Shown in pieces: positions 40,365 through 52,500 of a stretch of DNA of 64,000 nt (position 1 is its first letter; the number at the start of each line of letters is the position of its first letter). The notes under the pieces were generated by a model. That model searched no databases, was not told where the DNA came from, and saw only the letters and a program-made list of their open reading frames with translations. The position numbers and the translations under genes are program-made. Origin of the DNA: Patescibacteria group bacterium (lineage in GTDB: Bacteria; Patescibacteriota; Gracilibacteria; UBA1369; PNNO01); NCBI GenBank assembly GCA_042568575.1, contig JBHPIO010000004.1, positions 26,522 through 90,521 on the forward strand, written 5' to 3'.

Positions 40365-43300
40365 TTAAGGGTTTGTTGTTATGATTGCGCTTACGCCAAG
40401 TGCGTAATCTGTTACCTCGGTACTAGAGTTTACATGAGAGTGCATGTTCAATGTAAAGACTTCTCCTGTTGCGGTATTGTTGTCATCTACTCTAATAATT
40501 TCGTCTTCACTTCCACTATCCTCTACATCAAATACATTACTGTCGTCTGCACCTGTTTGAGACCAACTGTTATAAGCTGCACTACATTCTGCATCTGTTT
40601 CTACATGGTTGTTAATTACAGTTGAAGCTGATGAGAAGTTAAATCCATATTCCTCTTCTGTTCCAGTACCATGTGTGTGAATGCTGCAATCCGCACCTGC
40701 GTTATCTATTGGATCGATATTGTATGCAGTTGTTGCGTCATCAAATACTGTTTCGCCTGATTGTTTTCCGAATAATACACTCCAGTATCCATATGTACTG
40801 TTTACTGTTATCGCACATTCTCCGTTTCCGTATCTGTCATCATCTACGTCTCTTACGCTTCCTCCGTCACCATCTGGGTAGTCATCGTAAATGTTTAATG
40901 TCGATGAACATCCGTCAGTGATTGTCATGCTTCCGTCTATATCGAAGTTATAGTGACTTCCAATATCCACATGACTCCAAAGACCTTGATTTGTGTCTGT
41001 TGTATCTTCAAATGCCATTCGGACATAATATGTTGTTGATGCGCTTAATGCGGTTCCTGCATACTCAATTCCTTCTGTTCTTTGTCCATCTGTTACTGCT
41101 GTATCAAGTGTAACTGGAGTACTTGAAGTATCCCATAATAACGGAACTGAGAACGTTGGTTCGTTGTCTACCTGGATGATTACTTGATCAACCGAGCTTG
41201 CTGTGTCTTCCGGGTTTCTGTAAATTGCGCTGAACGAAGGGGTAAGATCGTATAGTCCACTTATTGGAGTTCCAACGAATGGCTCTGCACCTGTCTGCGC
41301 TTCATCTATTGAATCGTTTACGTAAAGTGTATCCGGCTTATCTGGATTTGCTGCACATGTTGGACCTGAAACAGTACTTCCGTTGTCATTGTCATAACAT
41401 GAAATTGGAGCTGTTGTTGGATTTGTCGCGTAGCTAATATCAGCCGCATCTCTAGCTTCTACACGAGCAAATTCAATATTGCCGGAATTTGGGATTTCTG
41501 TTTCTTCTCCTCCTGTTGTGGCGTTTCCTTCCTGGTCAACAATTAAAGTTCCGTATACAGTGCTTCCTGAATCATCGTTATTTGCGTCACCAAGATATAC
41601 GATTGTACCTGCCGCACCATAACTTGCACCGGTACCTCCACTTGCTTTTATTGATCCTGTGTATTGGTAATGAGGAGCAGATGAATTGTCGTCATCTGGA
41701 TCGTCAAGCAATGGAGATGTAATTACGATTCTTCCTCCACCACCTGCGTCAGCTCCACCGCTTCCATCACCACCTGAGGCGCTGATTATTGCCGTTGCAT
41801 TACTTGTAAATGTTTCATTATCTGTTAATGGGTCTTGTACGATTATTACTGTTCCTCCAGCTCCGGCACCACCGCCTGAAGTTGCTGAATCCGCACCGTC
41901 CGCACTGATTGTAGTGTTTGTTCCGTCACCAGTTAGGCTAATAGAACCAGTTGCGTACACTCGTGCACCACCACCACCGTTTGCATCCAATGCTCCGTCC
42001 GATCCTCCTTCACCATAAACTGGAGCATCGTTTTCATCTAATTTAGCGTCTCCGTACGTGATTCCTCCGCCTGATCTTCCTTCACCTTCACCACCGTAAC
42101 TTCCTGATCCTGCAGTACCTGCAGCGGTTGTACTTACTCCATCAGAAGCAATTCTACCTCCACTGGCTATAGTTAAATCATGAGTTAAAATTTCAAATGC
42201 TGTTGATGATCCTGCCCCAGAAGAAATGCTTCCAGTAGCCGAGACTGTTACGCTGTCGCCTTCTCCGGTTCCACTGTCCAGCAGTCCATCAAGTTCCATT
42301 GCGCTGTCTACAACTGTTGACGAGCCGGTTACATAAACTTTACCTGTAATGCCTACGTCAACGTTTCCATCGTCTTCAGCCCAGAATAAGGTGTCACACC
42401 TGAAGGTTCCATCAATATTTGCTATACCGTCGATATGCGCTTCTCCACCATCCCCAGTGGTTGATGGGTTTCCATCAACATCAACTTGTCCGTAGTGAGT
42501 ACCGTTGAAGTAATCCATGTCTAAAGTTCCTCCTGCATCAACATCGAAGACACCTGGAGAATTATTTAATAATGTTCCGTGAACGTTTGCGTTTGCCAGA
42601 AGGTTTAATACTCCTCCTGTGTAACCTAAATTTCCACCAATTTTAACTGCCGAATCTACGGATGCGAGATCGCTTATTACGATATCTCCATAACCATTAA
42701 ATGTTGTTGGCCCATTAAATGCTCCGCCTCCAAGCTCAAGTGCGCAAGATTCAGCCCCATAATTACAAGGATGATAATCAACCAAGTTAAGAGTTGCGCC
42801 TGTTGTGGTTGTTCCCAAATCAAGAGTCGAAGCGTCAGCCATGAAGATACTACCAATGTTGTATGTGGTTCCAGTAAGACTTACCGTTGCACCGTCTTGG
42901 ACATTCATTTCTCCCGAGTTGTTTTCTCCAGTATCCTGAATGTTCATCAAGTCGCTTGAACTAAACGTTGTCCCGGCATCGTATATAAATACGTCGCTAT
43001 TGTTTGTTACTTCTAGAAGTCCGTCAGTATGTGTAAATGTCGTTGTTTGTGAGCCTGTGTTTGACGAGATGTTCATAGGTCCTTGAACCTCCATGTCGTT
43101 AGCAACATCTGTGTAAGATGTATCGTTTGTGCTATTAGGATCGGCATCAAAATTTGCGTCTAGAACAACGCTTCCTCCCGAGGTGCCACATGATCCTGAC
43201 GGATAAGTTCCTGTGTATTCCCCGATACAAAGATATCCAAATTCGTTTTCAATATTTCTTCCTGTTACTGTTCCAGCTAATTCCACCCATCCTGGGAAAG

Positions 43301-46300
43301 CGTCTCCGGCATTATCAATAATTACCATCCCTATATTACCTGGGAAGTGGAAACTTGAAGTACTGCTTGAATTTACAGTTCCACCGGTAACACGGAAATT
43401 ATTACTGCCCGTATCAACCATCACTAATGATCCATCATTAGTTAATGTTCCATATAATGAAAATACGCTATTTACTGTTAAGGTTGCCTGCGATGTAAGG
43501 GTTATTGAACTATCGATGAGTTTTGTTGCATCGGTGTAGACCAGCGTCTGGTTTCCTACTCCTATCGTAGGAAGAACCACAGCCGAAGTACCATTGTTTG
43601 TTTCGAATATTCCACCTACAGCCGAACTGTTCGTTTGTAAGTTGGACGTAATGTAAGTTTTATCATAAATGGTAATTCGCCCATTATCCATAACCGACAT
43701 CGCGCCGCCTACAGTTGTTTTTGTTACTGCGGCTTGGCCGTCCGAACCTTCTTCTTGAAGATATTGTCCTTCTGAATAACTACCATTTTCCCCGACAGCA
43801 ATACTATCTCCGGTATTAACTATTCCATCTGCTTTGTTTGTGAAAGTCGAATCTCTATTTATGTCTATATCGTCTCCAGTTGTAAGGGTTCCATAGTTGT
43901 TAATAGCAGCTCCACGATACATGACTATATCTGAGGTCGCAGTTACAAGATCCAGGGTTGCTGTGTCTACGACCGCGCTACCATTATTAAAGGTTCCTCC
44001 ATCGTTGGAAGTGCTCCCGTTGTTGAAAGTGGTACGGATGTCTACGTCTCCTAAATTGTTGAAAACGTGATTAGCATGCCATATATTTAAATAGCCAGTT
44101 ATTATATCTCCGGTTGTTGAATTAGAAATAGTAATTCCAGTTCCACCAATGTCGTAGTTGTACATCGACATTGTTCCGGCATATAAATCAAGAGTTCCAT
44201 CATTTGTAATTGAGGCTCCATTATATAAATACATAGTAGTAGATGTGGTTGACGGCGTTGTGCCATCTCGTGCAATCAAGCCACCACTTTGGATTATAAT
44301 ATCGCCACCGTAAGTCCCGGTAGATCCGGCATAAAGGCCTGCAGCTCCTGCAAGGATTGCCCCGGAAGCAACATCTATTGCTCCTTTATCTGTTGCGGTA
44401 GCATAAATATAAGTAGTTCGATTCTCTGCGTCCCATGTTCCTCCATTAAGATCCAGGAAACCATACTCATAAATGTATGAATTACCTCCTATATGAGCCG
44501 GTCCAGAGCTATCAATTTCTGATATATCTGTATTCAAATTGTTATCAAGGTAAAAGCCTCCAGCTACATCTAAGTCGGTTGCAGCTGCATCGTTGTATAA
44601 ATATCCACCACCGTAAATTACAAGAGCGCTTGTTCCTGTATAGGTTATATTTAAGTCTCCACCACTTTGATTATTAAATGTACCACCTGCGTATGTCCCA
44701 ACATCTCCAAGATACATGCGATTTGCATTGAAAGTTCCATAGTTGTCTACTTGTGTACCAGCTCCGTACAAATATACATACGTACTAACGGAACCTGTTA
44801 CATCGAATGTCGCTCCTGTTTGGTTTGTGATTGATGCAGTATCGTATACATACAAATAACTTCCAGTACCTGTTAAGTTGAATGTTGCCGCAGCACCAGT
44901 GTCGTCGTTGGTAACACTTGAAGAGCTGCTCATTAACATGTCATCTGGAACAACAAAAGCTCCGGCGTTCTCAATTGACGCACTAGCGCCCATTGATAAA
45001 TCATAACTAGAGCCGACGATAGTAAATGTTGCCGTGCTTCCATTATCAAGCAGTACATCAAATCCAAGAGTTACAGTGCCCGAGGCAATGAAATCTCCAG
45101 TGTTAACGATGTCTGCATTGTTGGCCCCGATACTTATGGGGGTTGTATTGTTAGCTGTTAAATCTCCACTATTTGTTAAAAGAGAATACGCACCAAATGA
45201 AATTGTTCCTTCTACGATAAATGCGTTTGCCGCAGTGCTGTCGTTATTTACAGAACTTAATGCGCTGGTTGTATTGCTACCATTAATTAATATTCCACCT
45301 GCCGGATCAAACACACCTCCGGTTTCATTTGTTATTTTTCCACCTTCATAAGCTCTTGTTGCACTTGCGCTTACGCTATTAACATTAAGCGTTCCCGAAT
45401 TATTTACAATTCCACCGTAAACTGATCCAAGTGTACCCAGATATAACGTATCGGTAGTGAAAATAGAGTTATTATCTAGCGTACTTCTATCTGTATAATT
45501 AGGCCCTGTTCCTACCTGGGAATATACATAAGTTGTTTGTGCAACATCAACATCAGCCGTGTCGTTATTGTTAAAAGTTGATTCATCGTACATGTACAAA
45601 ATGTCTGCCATAACGCTTCCGGTAGAACTGTTTGTTAATGTTCCAGTGTCATTTAGGGTTATATAGTTTGAAACTTCAAGCGTTCCGGTATTGTTAAATG
45701 TTGTATCTCTTGCAACATTTAAGTAATCGGTTCCACCGAAAATATTGAACGTTCCACTATTTGTTATAGAAGCTGTGTCTCCACTGTCAACACCGATATA
45801 TACAATTCCTGCAGTAAAAGTCCCGCCGCTTGTATCAATCGTAGAAGTGTCTCTCATTTGTATTTGAGCGGAAACTTCGAAGCTAGCATCGTTGTTTAAA
45901 TGACCTGTGTCATACATCCAAAGAGTAGTATCAACAGTCATTTTCCCGTCATAGTTGTTGAATGTTCCATAAATCGTCATAAAGTCACTTGACCCAGCCA
46001 CTGAATCATCATAATTTTCCAATGTTCCAGCCGAACCACTTTGGCCAACAAAGATATGATCGTCAATTGCTAAATAGTTATCTTCATTTGTGTTTGATGT
46101 AATTGTAACTTTTCCACCGCCGTTAATAATTAAATCTTGCCCACTTGCAGCTTGAGTTGCCATGTAAGCATAGTTAACTGGATTTCCCGGGTACCCAATT
46201 TCAGCAGTTCCACCAATTGTAATTGTTCCTGAAGCTGTAAAGTCTGTGTCGTCGCCATCTGTTCCTACAATTAATCTTCCACCACCAAGACCTGCATCGG

Positions 46301-46529
46301 CAGCTACATTAACACTTACCGCTGTACGTCCAGGTCCATAGACATGGCAGATGTCGCCATCTGGAACGGTAAGGTTCGAAGCCCACGGAGTCCCTGACCA
46401 CTGACAACCTGTGTCTACATCTGCCGTTAGGGCGATGTCCACAATATCCTGAGCCTGCACTAGCGGAATTGCCAGCCATCCGGCCAGAAGTATTATAGGA
46501 ATCGATATGTAAAATAAGAATTTTTTCAT
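40365..46529 (-). CDS. Giant secreted adhesin-like protein (beta-helix-like repeats, Gly-rich region, FN3-like, C-terminal pilin-like module)
   Basis: Signal peptide ending VQA; mature QDIVDIALTADV; N.GT repeats; GGGGRIVI; ends DYALGVSAIITTNP. Confidence 0.7.
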   Translation of the reverse strand: MKKFLFYISIPIILLAGWLAIPLVQAQDIVDIALTADVDTGCQWSGTPWASNLTVPDGDICHVYGPGRTAVSVNVAADAGLGGGRLIVGTDGDDTDFTASGTITIGGTAEIGYPGNPVNYAYMATQAASGQDLIINGGGKVTITSNTNEDNYLAIDDHIFVGQSGSAGTLENYDDSVAGSSDFMTIYGTFNNYDGKMTVDTTLWMYDTGHLNNDASFEVSAQIQMRDTSTIDTSGGTFTAGIVYIGVDSGDTASITNSGTFNIFGGTDYLNVARDTTFNNTGTLEVSNYITLNDTGTLTNSSTGSVMADILYMYDESTFNNNDTADVDVAQTTYVYSQVGTGPNYTDRSTLDNNSIFTTDTLYLGTLGSVYGGIVNNSGTLNVNSVSASATRAYEGGKITNETGGVFDPAGGILINGSNTTSALSSVNNDSTAANAFIVEGTISFGAYSLLTNSGDLTANNTTPISIGANNADIVNTGDFIASGTVTLGFDVLLDNGSTATFTIVGSSYDLSMGASASIENAGAFVVPDDMLMSSSSSVTNDDTGAAATFNLTGTGSYLYVYDTASITNQTGATFDVTGSVSTYVYLYGAGTQVDNYGTFNANRMYLGDVGTYAGGTFNNQSGGDLNITYTGTSALVIYGGGYLYNDAAATDLDVAGGFYLDNNLNTDISEIDSSGPAHIGGNSYIYEYGFLDLNGGTWDAENRTTYIYATATDKGAIDVASGAILAGAAGLYAGSTGTYGGDIIIQSGGLIARDGTTPSTTSTTMYLYNGASITNDGTLDLYAGTMSMYNYDIGGTGITISNSTTGDIITGYLNIWHANHVFNNLGDVDIRTTFNNGSTSNDGGTFNNGSAVVDTATLDLVTATSDIVMYRGAAINNYGTLTTGDDIDINRDSTFTNKADGIVNTGDSIAVGENGSYSEGQYLQEEGSDGQAAVTKTTVGGAMSVMDNGRITIYDKTYITSNLQTNSSAVGGIFETNNGTSAVVLPTIGVGNQTLVYTDATKLIDSSITLTSQATLTVNSVFSLYGTLTNDGSLVMVDTGSNNFRVTGGTVNSSSTSSFHFPGNIGMVIIDNAGDAFPGWVELAGTVTGRNIENEFGYLCIGEYTGTYPSGSCGTSGGSVVLDANFDADPNSTNDTSYTDVANDMEVQGPMNISSNTGSQTTTFTHTDGLLEVTNNSDVFIYDAGTTFSSSDLMNIQDTGENNSGEMNVQDGATVSLTGTTYNIGSIFMADASTLDLGTTTTGATLNLVDYHPCNYGAESCALELGGGAFNGPTTFNGYGDIVISDLASVDSAVKIGGNLGYTGGVLNLLANANVHGTLLNNSPGVFDVDAGGTLDMDYFNGTHYGQVDVDGNPSTTGDGGEAHIDGIANIDGTFRCDTLFWAEDDGNVDVGITGKVYVTGSSTVVDSAMELDGLLDSGTGEGDSVTVSATGSISSGAGSSTAFEILTHDLTIASGGRIASDGVSTTAAGTAGSGSYGGEGEGRSGGGITYGDAKLDENDAPVYGEGGSDGALDANGGGGARVYATGSISLTGDGTNTTISADGADSATSGGGAGAGGTVIIVQDPLTDNETFTSNATAIISASGGDGSGGADAGGGGRIVITSPLLDDPDDDNSSAPHYQYTGSIKASGGTGASYGAAGTIVYLGDANNDDSGSTVYGTLIVDQEGNATTGGEETEIPNSGNIEFARVEARDAADISYATNPTTAPISCYDNDNGSTVSGPTCAANPDKPDTLYVNDSIDEAQTGAEPFVGTPISGLYDLTPSFSAIYRNPEDTASSVDQVIIQVDNEPTFSVPLLWDTSSTPVTLDTAVTDGQRTEGIEYAGTALSASTTYYVRMAFEDTTDTNQGLWSHVDIGSHYNFDIDGSMTITDGCSSTLNIYDDYPDGDGGSVRDVDDDRYGNGECAITVNSTYGYWSVLFGKQSGETVFDDATTAYNIDPIDNAGADCSIHTHGTGTEEEYGFNFSSASTVINNHVETDAECSAAYNSWSQTGADDSNVFDVEDSGSEDEIIRVDDNNTATGEVFTLNMHSHVNSSTEVTDYALGVSAIITTNP

Positions 46530-46536
46530 GTTTATT

Positions 46537-49500
46537 TTACGGGTTGGTTGTGATTATAAGACGTGTGTCCAGATCGTAAGTAACCGGAAGTGTATAAGTA
46601 TTAACAGATGCATGAGTTTCTACATCGAAAGTTTTGCTTACAAGCGATGTAGCTGCTGTAAGAATTTGATCTTCACTTCCACTTAGCTCTAAATCGTGAA
46701 GATATTGATATTCCCCATCTGAAATTACTGCCCACGAATCAAATGGTTGAGTGCTACATTCGGTATCATTAGGAACCGTAAAGCTGGCATTAACATTGTT
46801 TAGGACAAATCCATATTCTTCATCTGAAGCTGGAGGGCTTGTTCCATCAGTGTCAATAGTACAGTCTGCAACAGGGTCAAATATGTATGTTCCATCTGTG
46901 AAAGCATTTTCATTTGGAGCCATTCCATACAAGACTTGAGATGCGGTCAGCGTACTATCAACAGTTATGGTACAAGCGTCGAATCCATATCTGTCTCCAT
47001 CTGTATCTTTTAAGTTATTACCTGCAGCTCTTCCTGCAGCGTTTGTATCGTTGATATCCATTAAGCTACTACATCCATCTGTAATAGACATGTAGTCAGT
47101 GATTTCGAAATTATAATGGTTACCCATATCTTTGTGAGACCATAGCCCAGAATTACCACTTGAATCTTCGAATCTAGCTCTTACATAATAAGGAGTTGCA
47201 GTTGTTAATGCCGAACCAGTACTGTCTTCGTTATAAACAATATCTCTTATGCGATCATCCGGCACAACAGTAGAGCCGTCTGATTGTTCGATTCCACCTG
47301 CGGTTGTGTAGTCCCAGATTGTCGAAGTAAAGTCCGAAGTATCATCGACCTGGATTTGAAGCTTATCAATTGCAGAAGCATCCTCTGGATTTACATAAAT
47401 TATACTAAAGTTTGGTGTTATATCTTGTGGGTCTACAGGTCCAGCTACATATGGCTCTGTTCCAGATCCAGCACCTGTATATGAATTGTTTATGAATAAA
47501 ATGTGCGGTTTGTCTGCAAAAGGAGCACAAGAAGTTAGTCCAGTAACAGTTGCACTCGATAATTCATAACATGAAGTTGGTTCAACTGTAGGAGTAGTTT
47601 CGTACTCAACTCGAGCATTTCCGGAAGCTTCTAATCTATCAGCTTCATAATCGTCACTTGTAAGAGTGTCGGGGATAAATGTTTGAGGAAGGATAGCCCC
47701 AGTTGGCACGTTTCCTCCTTGCTTAATTAATAGAGACCCTTCGGTATTATTATCGTCACCTAGGAACATGATAGTTCCGGCAGCAGCGTAATAACTGCTT
47801 GTCGTGTTGCTTCCTCCGAATGCCTGTATTCTCGATTCAGGGAATAAATATGAAGGAGCGGTAACTCCTCCGTCATCAGGATAATCCAAAAGAATCGAAT
47901 CAATCGAAATTCTTCCACCGCCACCAGGATATTCTCCCGCGGTCGTAGTAGTTCCTCCGTTCGCAGTGATGTATCCATCTCCTGTGAAGGTTACGCCTGT
48001 ATCTGTATGAGTAATATTGTGATCAATAATAATTGTTCCTCCGGCACCACACGCATAATCTAAGCTTCCACATGCTCCATCTGCTCTTATGTCTCCGTCG
48101 ATATCAATATTTCCATCAACTACCATTCTAACTCCACCACCACCGTAACTATCACATTTTGGATCTGCATTATTAGAAGCTTCTCCATATTTTGGATAAT
48201 CTGCGCTTGTAAGCTTCGTTTTGTCGTAAGTGTATCCTCCCGTTATTGCACCTCTGTTTGCACCTTCTCCACCGTGACTTCCGGCTCCAACATAAGTAGC
48301 ACAATGATACTGACTTTCTGCTTGTGTAGTATCGTTTCCGATCATACCACCTGTATTTACAGTTACACTGTCAGCATTAATTAAGAAGTATGATCCGTCA
48401 TTACCTGCAAGGGTATTTCCTTCTCCGGAGTGAATGCGTCCACCGCTGTATACTGTTAAATCGCCTGCATTTAAAGTTCCGTCTAATATGAGTTCTCCAT
48501 ATATATCAGTTGTGCTTCCAAGTACTGTTATAGTTCCTGTATCAACGGTCCAATTTCCATCAACAAGAACTGCATCGGCACCTACTGCGTTAGCGGAAAT
48601 CCTTAGTAGGGTATCACAGATAAAGTTTCCAACAATCTTTGCTTCGCCATCGAAAGTTGCTGTTCCCCATAGAGTCACTGTTCCCACACCATTACCTAAC
48701 AAGTCACTGCCGACTTCTAGATATGCTCCATTTTCATGATCGTAATTATCCGTACTTCTTAAGTGTGCCTGGGCGTCTGCGTTAACAATAATTGACCCAC
48801 CATTTTTATTAAGAATGTCTCCGTTATTTATCCACATGGTTGCTGTTAAATCTACATCTCCATATACGCTCATGTCTCCCATTACGTCTATATCTGAAGC
48901 GCCACTGTCGGCTGCGGTAAGTTTACCATCAGTTGTAACACCGGATAGAATTGTTAATCCATCCGTAGCTGAAGCACCTTCGACAGTTTGCGGACATGCA
49001 AGGCTCTCCGTATTTGTTTGGAATACGCCTCCATCAAGTACATAAACCTGTCCGTTATCACCAATCACCGTACAATAATCTACGAAGACTTGTCCGACTC
49101 CAGACCCAGCTAGTACCATTCCACCATCACCTATAAGAAGTGGCTGAAAAATATCTGCGGTACCATTTGCGGTGATGTATCCGTCTACTCTTACTCGAGA
49201 AGTTGAAGCGTCTTCCCCTAATCTTGCATATCCAGAGGCGTCAACTTCTATTCCTCCCCATTCTCCAAGAACAACATCGCCTGTTGCATCTTCGGTTCTA
49301 AATAGTCCGTCTGCGTTTACATCAATTTTTGCGGAACGCGCTATGCTCGGATCGTCAGTTCCTATTTCAAGAGAACAAGTATAAGATCCGCATGTTCGGC
49401 TTGAGGTTACACGCACATCTGCATTTGCATTTACATCAATAAAAGTATATTGCCCAATAAGCCCACTTAGAGGGGGCTGCATCTCAATAGTACCCAGGGT

Positions 49501-52500
49501 GTTGTAATACCCAACAGAACTGTCTGGATTGTAGAAGTAAATCGAACTCTTGTCGTCCATATAGACATCTCCTGCATTTATAATTCGTCCATTGACGATA
49601 ATGCTTGATGAACTCGTAGTAGAGATGTCTCCGCCTTCAAGATCCAATAATGAATAAACTCCAGCGGTTGTAGTGTCGTAAATAGTTATAACTCCCGAGT
49701 AAGTACCTATAAGGGTGTTATTTGTTGTTGAGGTTTCAAAATCAATACTACTGTATATATGTACGTTTGTCCCTGGATCGTCAGACCATATATGCCCTGG
49801 ACTTCCAACTCTACCAATAGAATGAGTTGGCGTAGATCCTGCGTAACTGTCGCTTCCAAAGGTTGTTGTTCCCGTGTCGTTTGTTTCTACCGATATTCCG
49901 TCAACATGATACATGAAGCTTGCCGTTCCTCTATTATCAAAATTGTCAAAGAAGAATTGCGAGTCGTATGGACTTCCGGCATTATCTCCGCGCACAACAC
50001 CACCGTTATAACTAAACATATTACCAGTTGTATAAGTTCCGTTCACTATTCCCGCTTCGTTTTCTAATAGTCCTCCATTTTCTGTAAAAATTGTTCCGCT
50101 AACATCAAGAGTAGATCCGGCACTATCTAGGTTTACATCTCCAGAATTCCACAAATTGGCATTAATGTCTGTAGCTCCTGATTGTGATAATATTCCACCC
50201 ATTTGCATTATCCCACCGGCTTGAACTTCAACATCCATTTCAATATCTGCTAATGGTTGAGGAGCTATAGCCGCATTCACATTTAATAGCCCCTCATACT
50301 CAATGTACATTCTTCCTGCAGTTTCATTTACGTCGAGGAGACCATCTGTAAGTATGTTAATTGTAGCGACCCCGGAACTTATACCCGTATAGCTAAGAAC
50401 TATATTTGCATTGTTTGCAGTATCGGCTACATCAATTTCACCATATATATTTATGTTTGAATCAAAGGTTATAGAATGTCCCGTATTTACTTCGATTGAA
50501 CAGTAATCTACGCCAACGTCATCACAGTATGGAGATTGGGTGGTTGCTAACGCAGAATGAGCACCGGTTAAGTTTAAAGTTACACTGCTATGAATATACA
50601 AATCTGGTGAAGCTGTGTATCCCTGCATTTCCAAACTTAAAAATCGTGTACCGTTTGATCCCGAGTTAAGATCAACATCTCCACCACTATAAATGCTTAA
50701 AGTCCCATAGGTTGTATGTACTCCATCATCTCTATTGACCGGGTATGTAGCCAGGAGGTGGGCATTGTCACCCGAAGCAATAAAGTCTCCAGCTACCCAC
50801 AAATCTCCGCGAACATCCATTAGTCCTTCAGAACCTATATTTGCGTATCCATCGACGTCTACGTCACTAAGAGTGTTGTAAATATATAGTTTACCGTTAT
50901 CGTCTCCGGTTGTTCCACTTACGCCTAAATTTCCTCCAATGTCAAAGAATGCGTATTGACGAGCCAAGAGTTGACCGCCGCTTACCTGTACATTTCCTGT
51001 AACGGTTGTTGTTGCCAGGGATGAAGAATACGAGTCAAATTTTGCATATTGTTCAAGAATTAAGTTTCCGAAACTAACAGTGTTTCCACCTGCATCTGTT
51101 CTGTAATTATTAAACCAAGAGGTGTTTGTTGTCCAGTCTGCTGAGCCTCTAAATGTTGCAGTTCCCGCAACATCGAAGTCGTTTACGGTGTCACTTGCAT
51201 ATGTGTATATAGCTAATCCGGCATCGTATGCTTCAAAAGCATCGGTTCCGGTATCAATCACATCAACATCTGCTTCAGTAGACATAATAAAACTTCCTCC
51301 GTCGTTGTAGTCTACCGCACTGTTATAGTAGCCGACGTGCAGTTTGTCTGTTTCGAAATTACTTTCATCGTAAGTTGCAGTAACAGGATCACTATTAACG
51401 GCCACAAGAGCAGAGTCATAGACATTAACGGTCCCGTCTACTCTGAAAGTTGTAGTTGTTGCGGATCCGGATTCGTCCGAAGTATAAATTCTACTACTGT
51501 CATTCATCGTTATATAGGCATCTGAGCTAACAAGGTCATCAACCGTGAACAATCCGCTCATGTTGTCGATCCTTGAAGTTCCGCTCATGACTATGCTGTC
51601 ATATACATAGAAATTTCCAGCGCTATCATTATGAATACGCGAAGAACCATCTGTTACGAGATCGTGGCGTACTGTAAATTGACTAGTGTTATTTACCGTG
51701 TTTGCAAAGGATCCGTCAGTTGTATTCAGCCGAAGATCGTCGTACATGACACATGTTCCGCTGTTATCAATATGCCCATAATTTCCAACGTACGCATATC
51801 CGTCTACGGTACATAAAGTACTATCATTATTTAAGAAGGCGTCATCACTTGAAGTTACACCACCTGTGATATTCATTCGTCCGTCTACGTCCAGTCTTGC
51901 TCCGCTATCGTTATTAAATGTTCCTTCAATAAATATTTGGAATGGGTAAAAGCTTGTTCCGCTGTAATCAACATTCACAGTTGCAGCGTTATTATTTTCA
52001 AAGACCGAATTAAAACTAGAGCCCGAATTTGCGAACCCTACTTGTAGTGAGGCCGTATTTACAGTTCCGGAATTATTAAAGACAGGAGTATTTGAAGTAG
52101 TCGCACTATTTGAATGAAGTAATATTACCCCGTCAGTTGATGACGTGGAAGTATTGTGTACGTTTACTATTCCTGTGGATTGATTAGTAAAGGTCGTATT
52201 GAAATAAACGAAGAGGAAGTTACTGGTGCTTCCGTTGACCGTTATGGTTGCATAATTATCAACCGAAGCAGTATCCCCACTTGAGTCTCCTAAATATAAA
52301 TCGTCATACACTTGGAAATCGCCACCGACATAGTTAGTCAAAACTGCGGTATCAAATATATTCACAGTGCCATTTGCATCAAATAGATCAGCATTTCTTA
52401 ATGTTGAAGAACCGCTGGCGGTAACAAGTCCTGTAACAGTTGTACTATTGTAGTTTATAAAATCTGAATAATTTTGCATCAGAAACTGGCCTGCTACTTG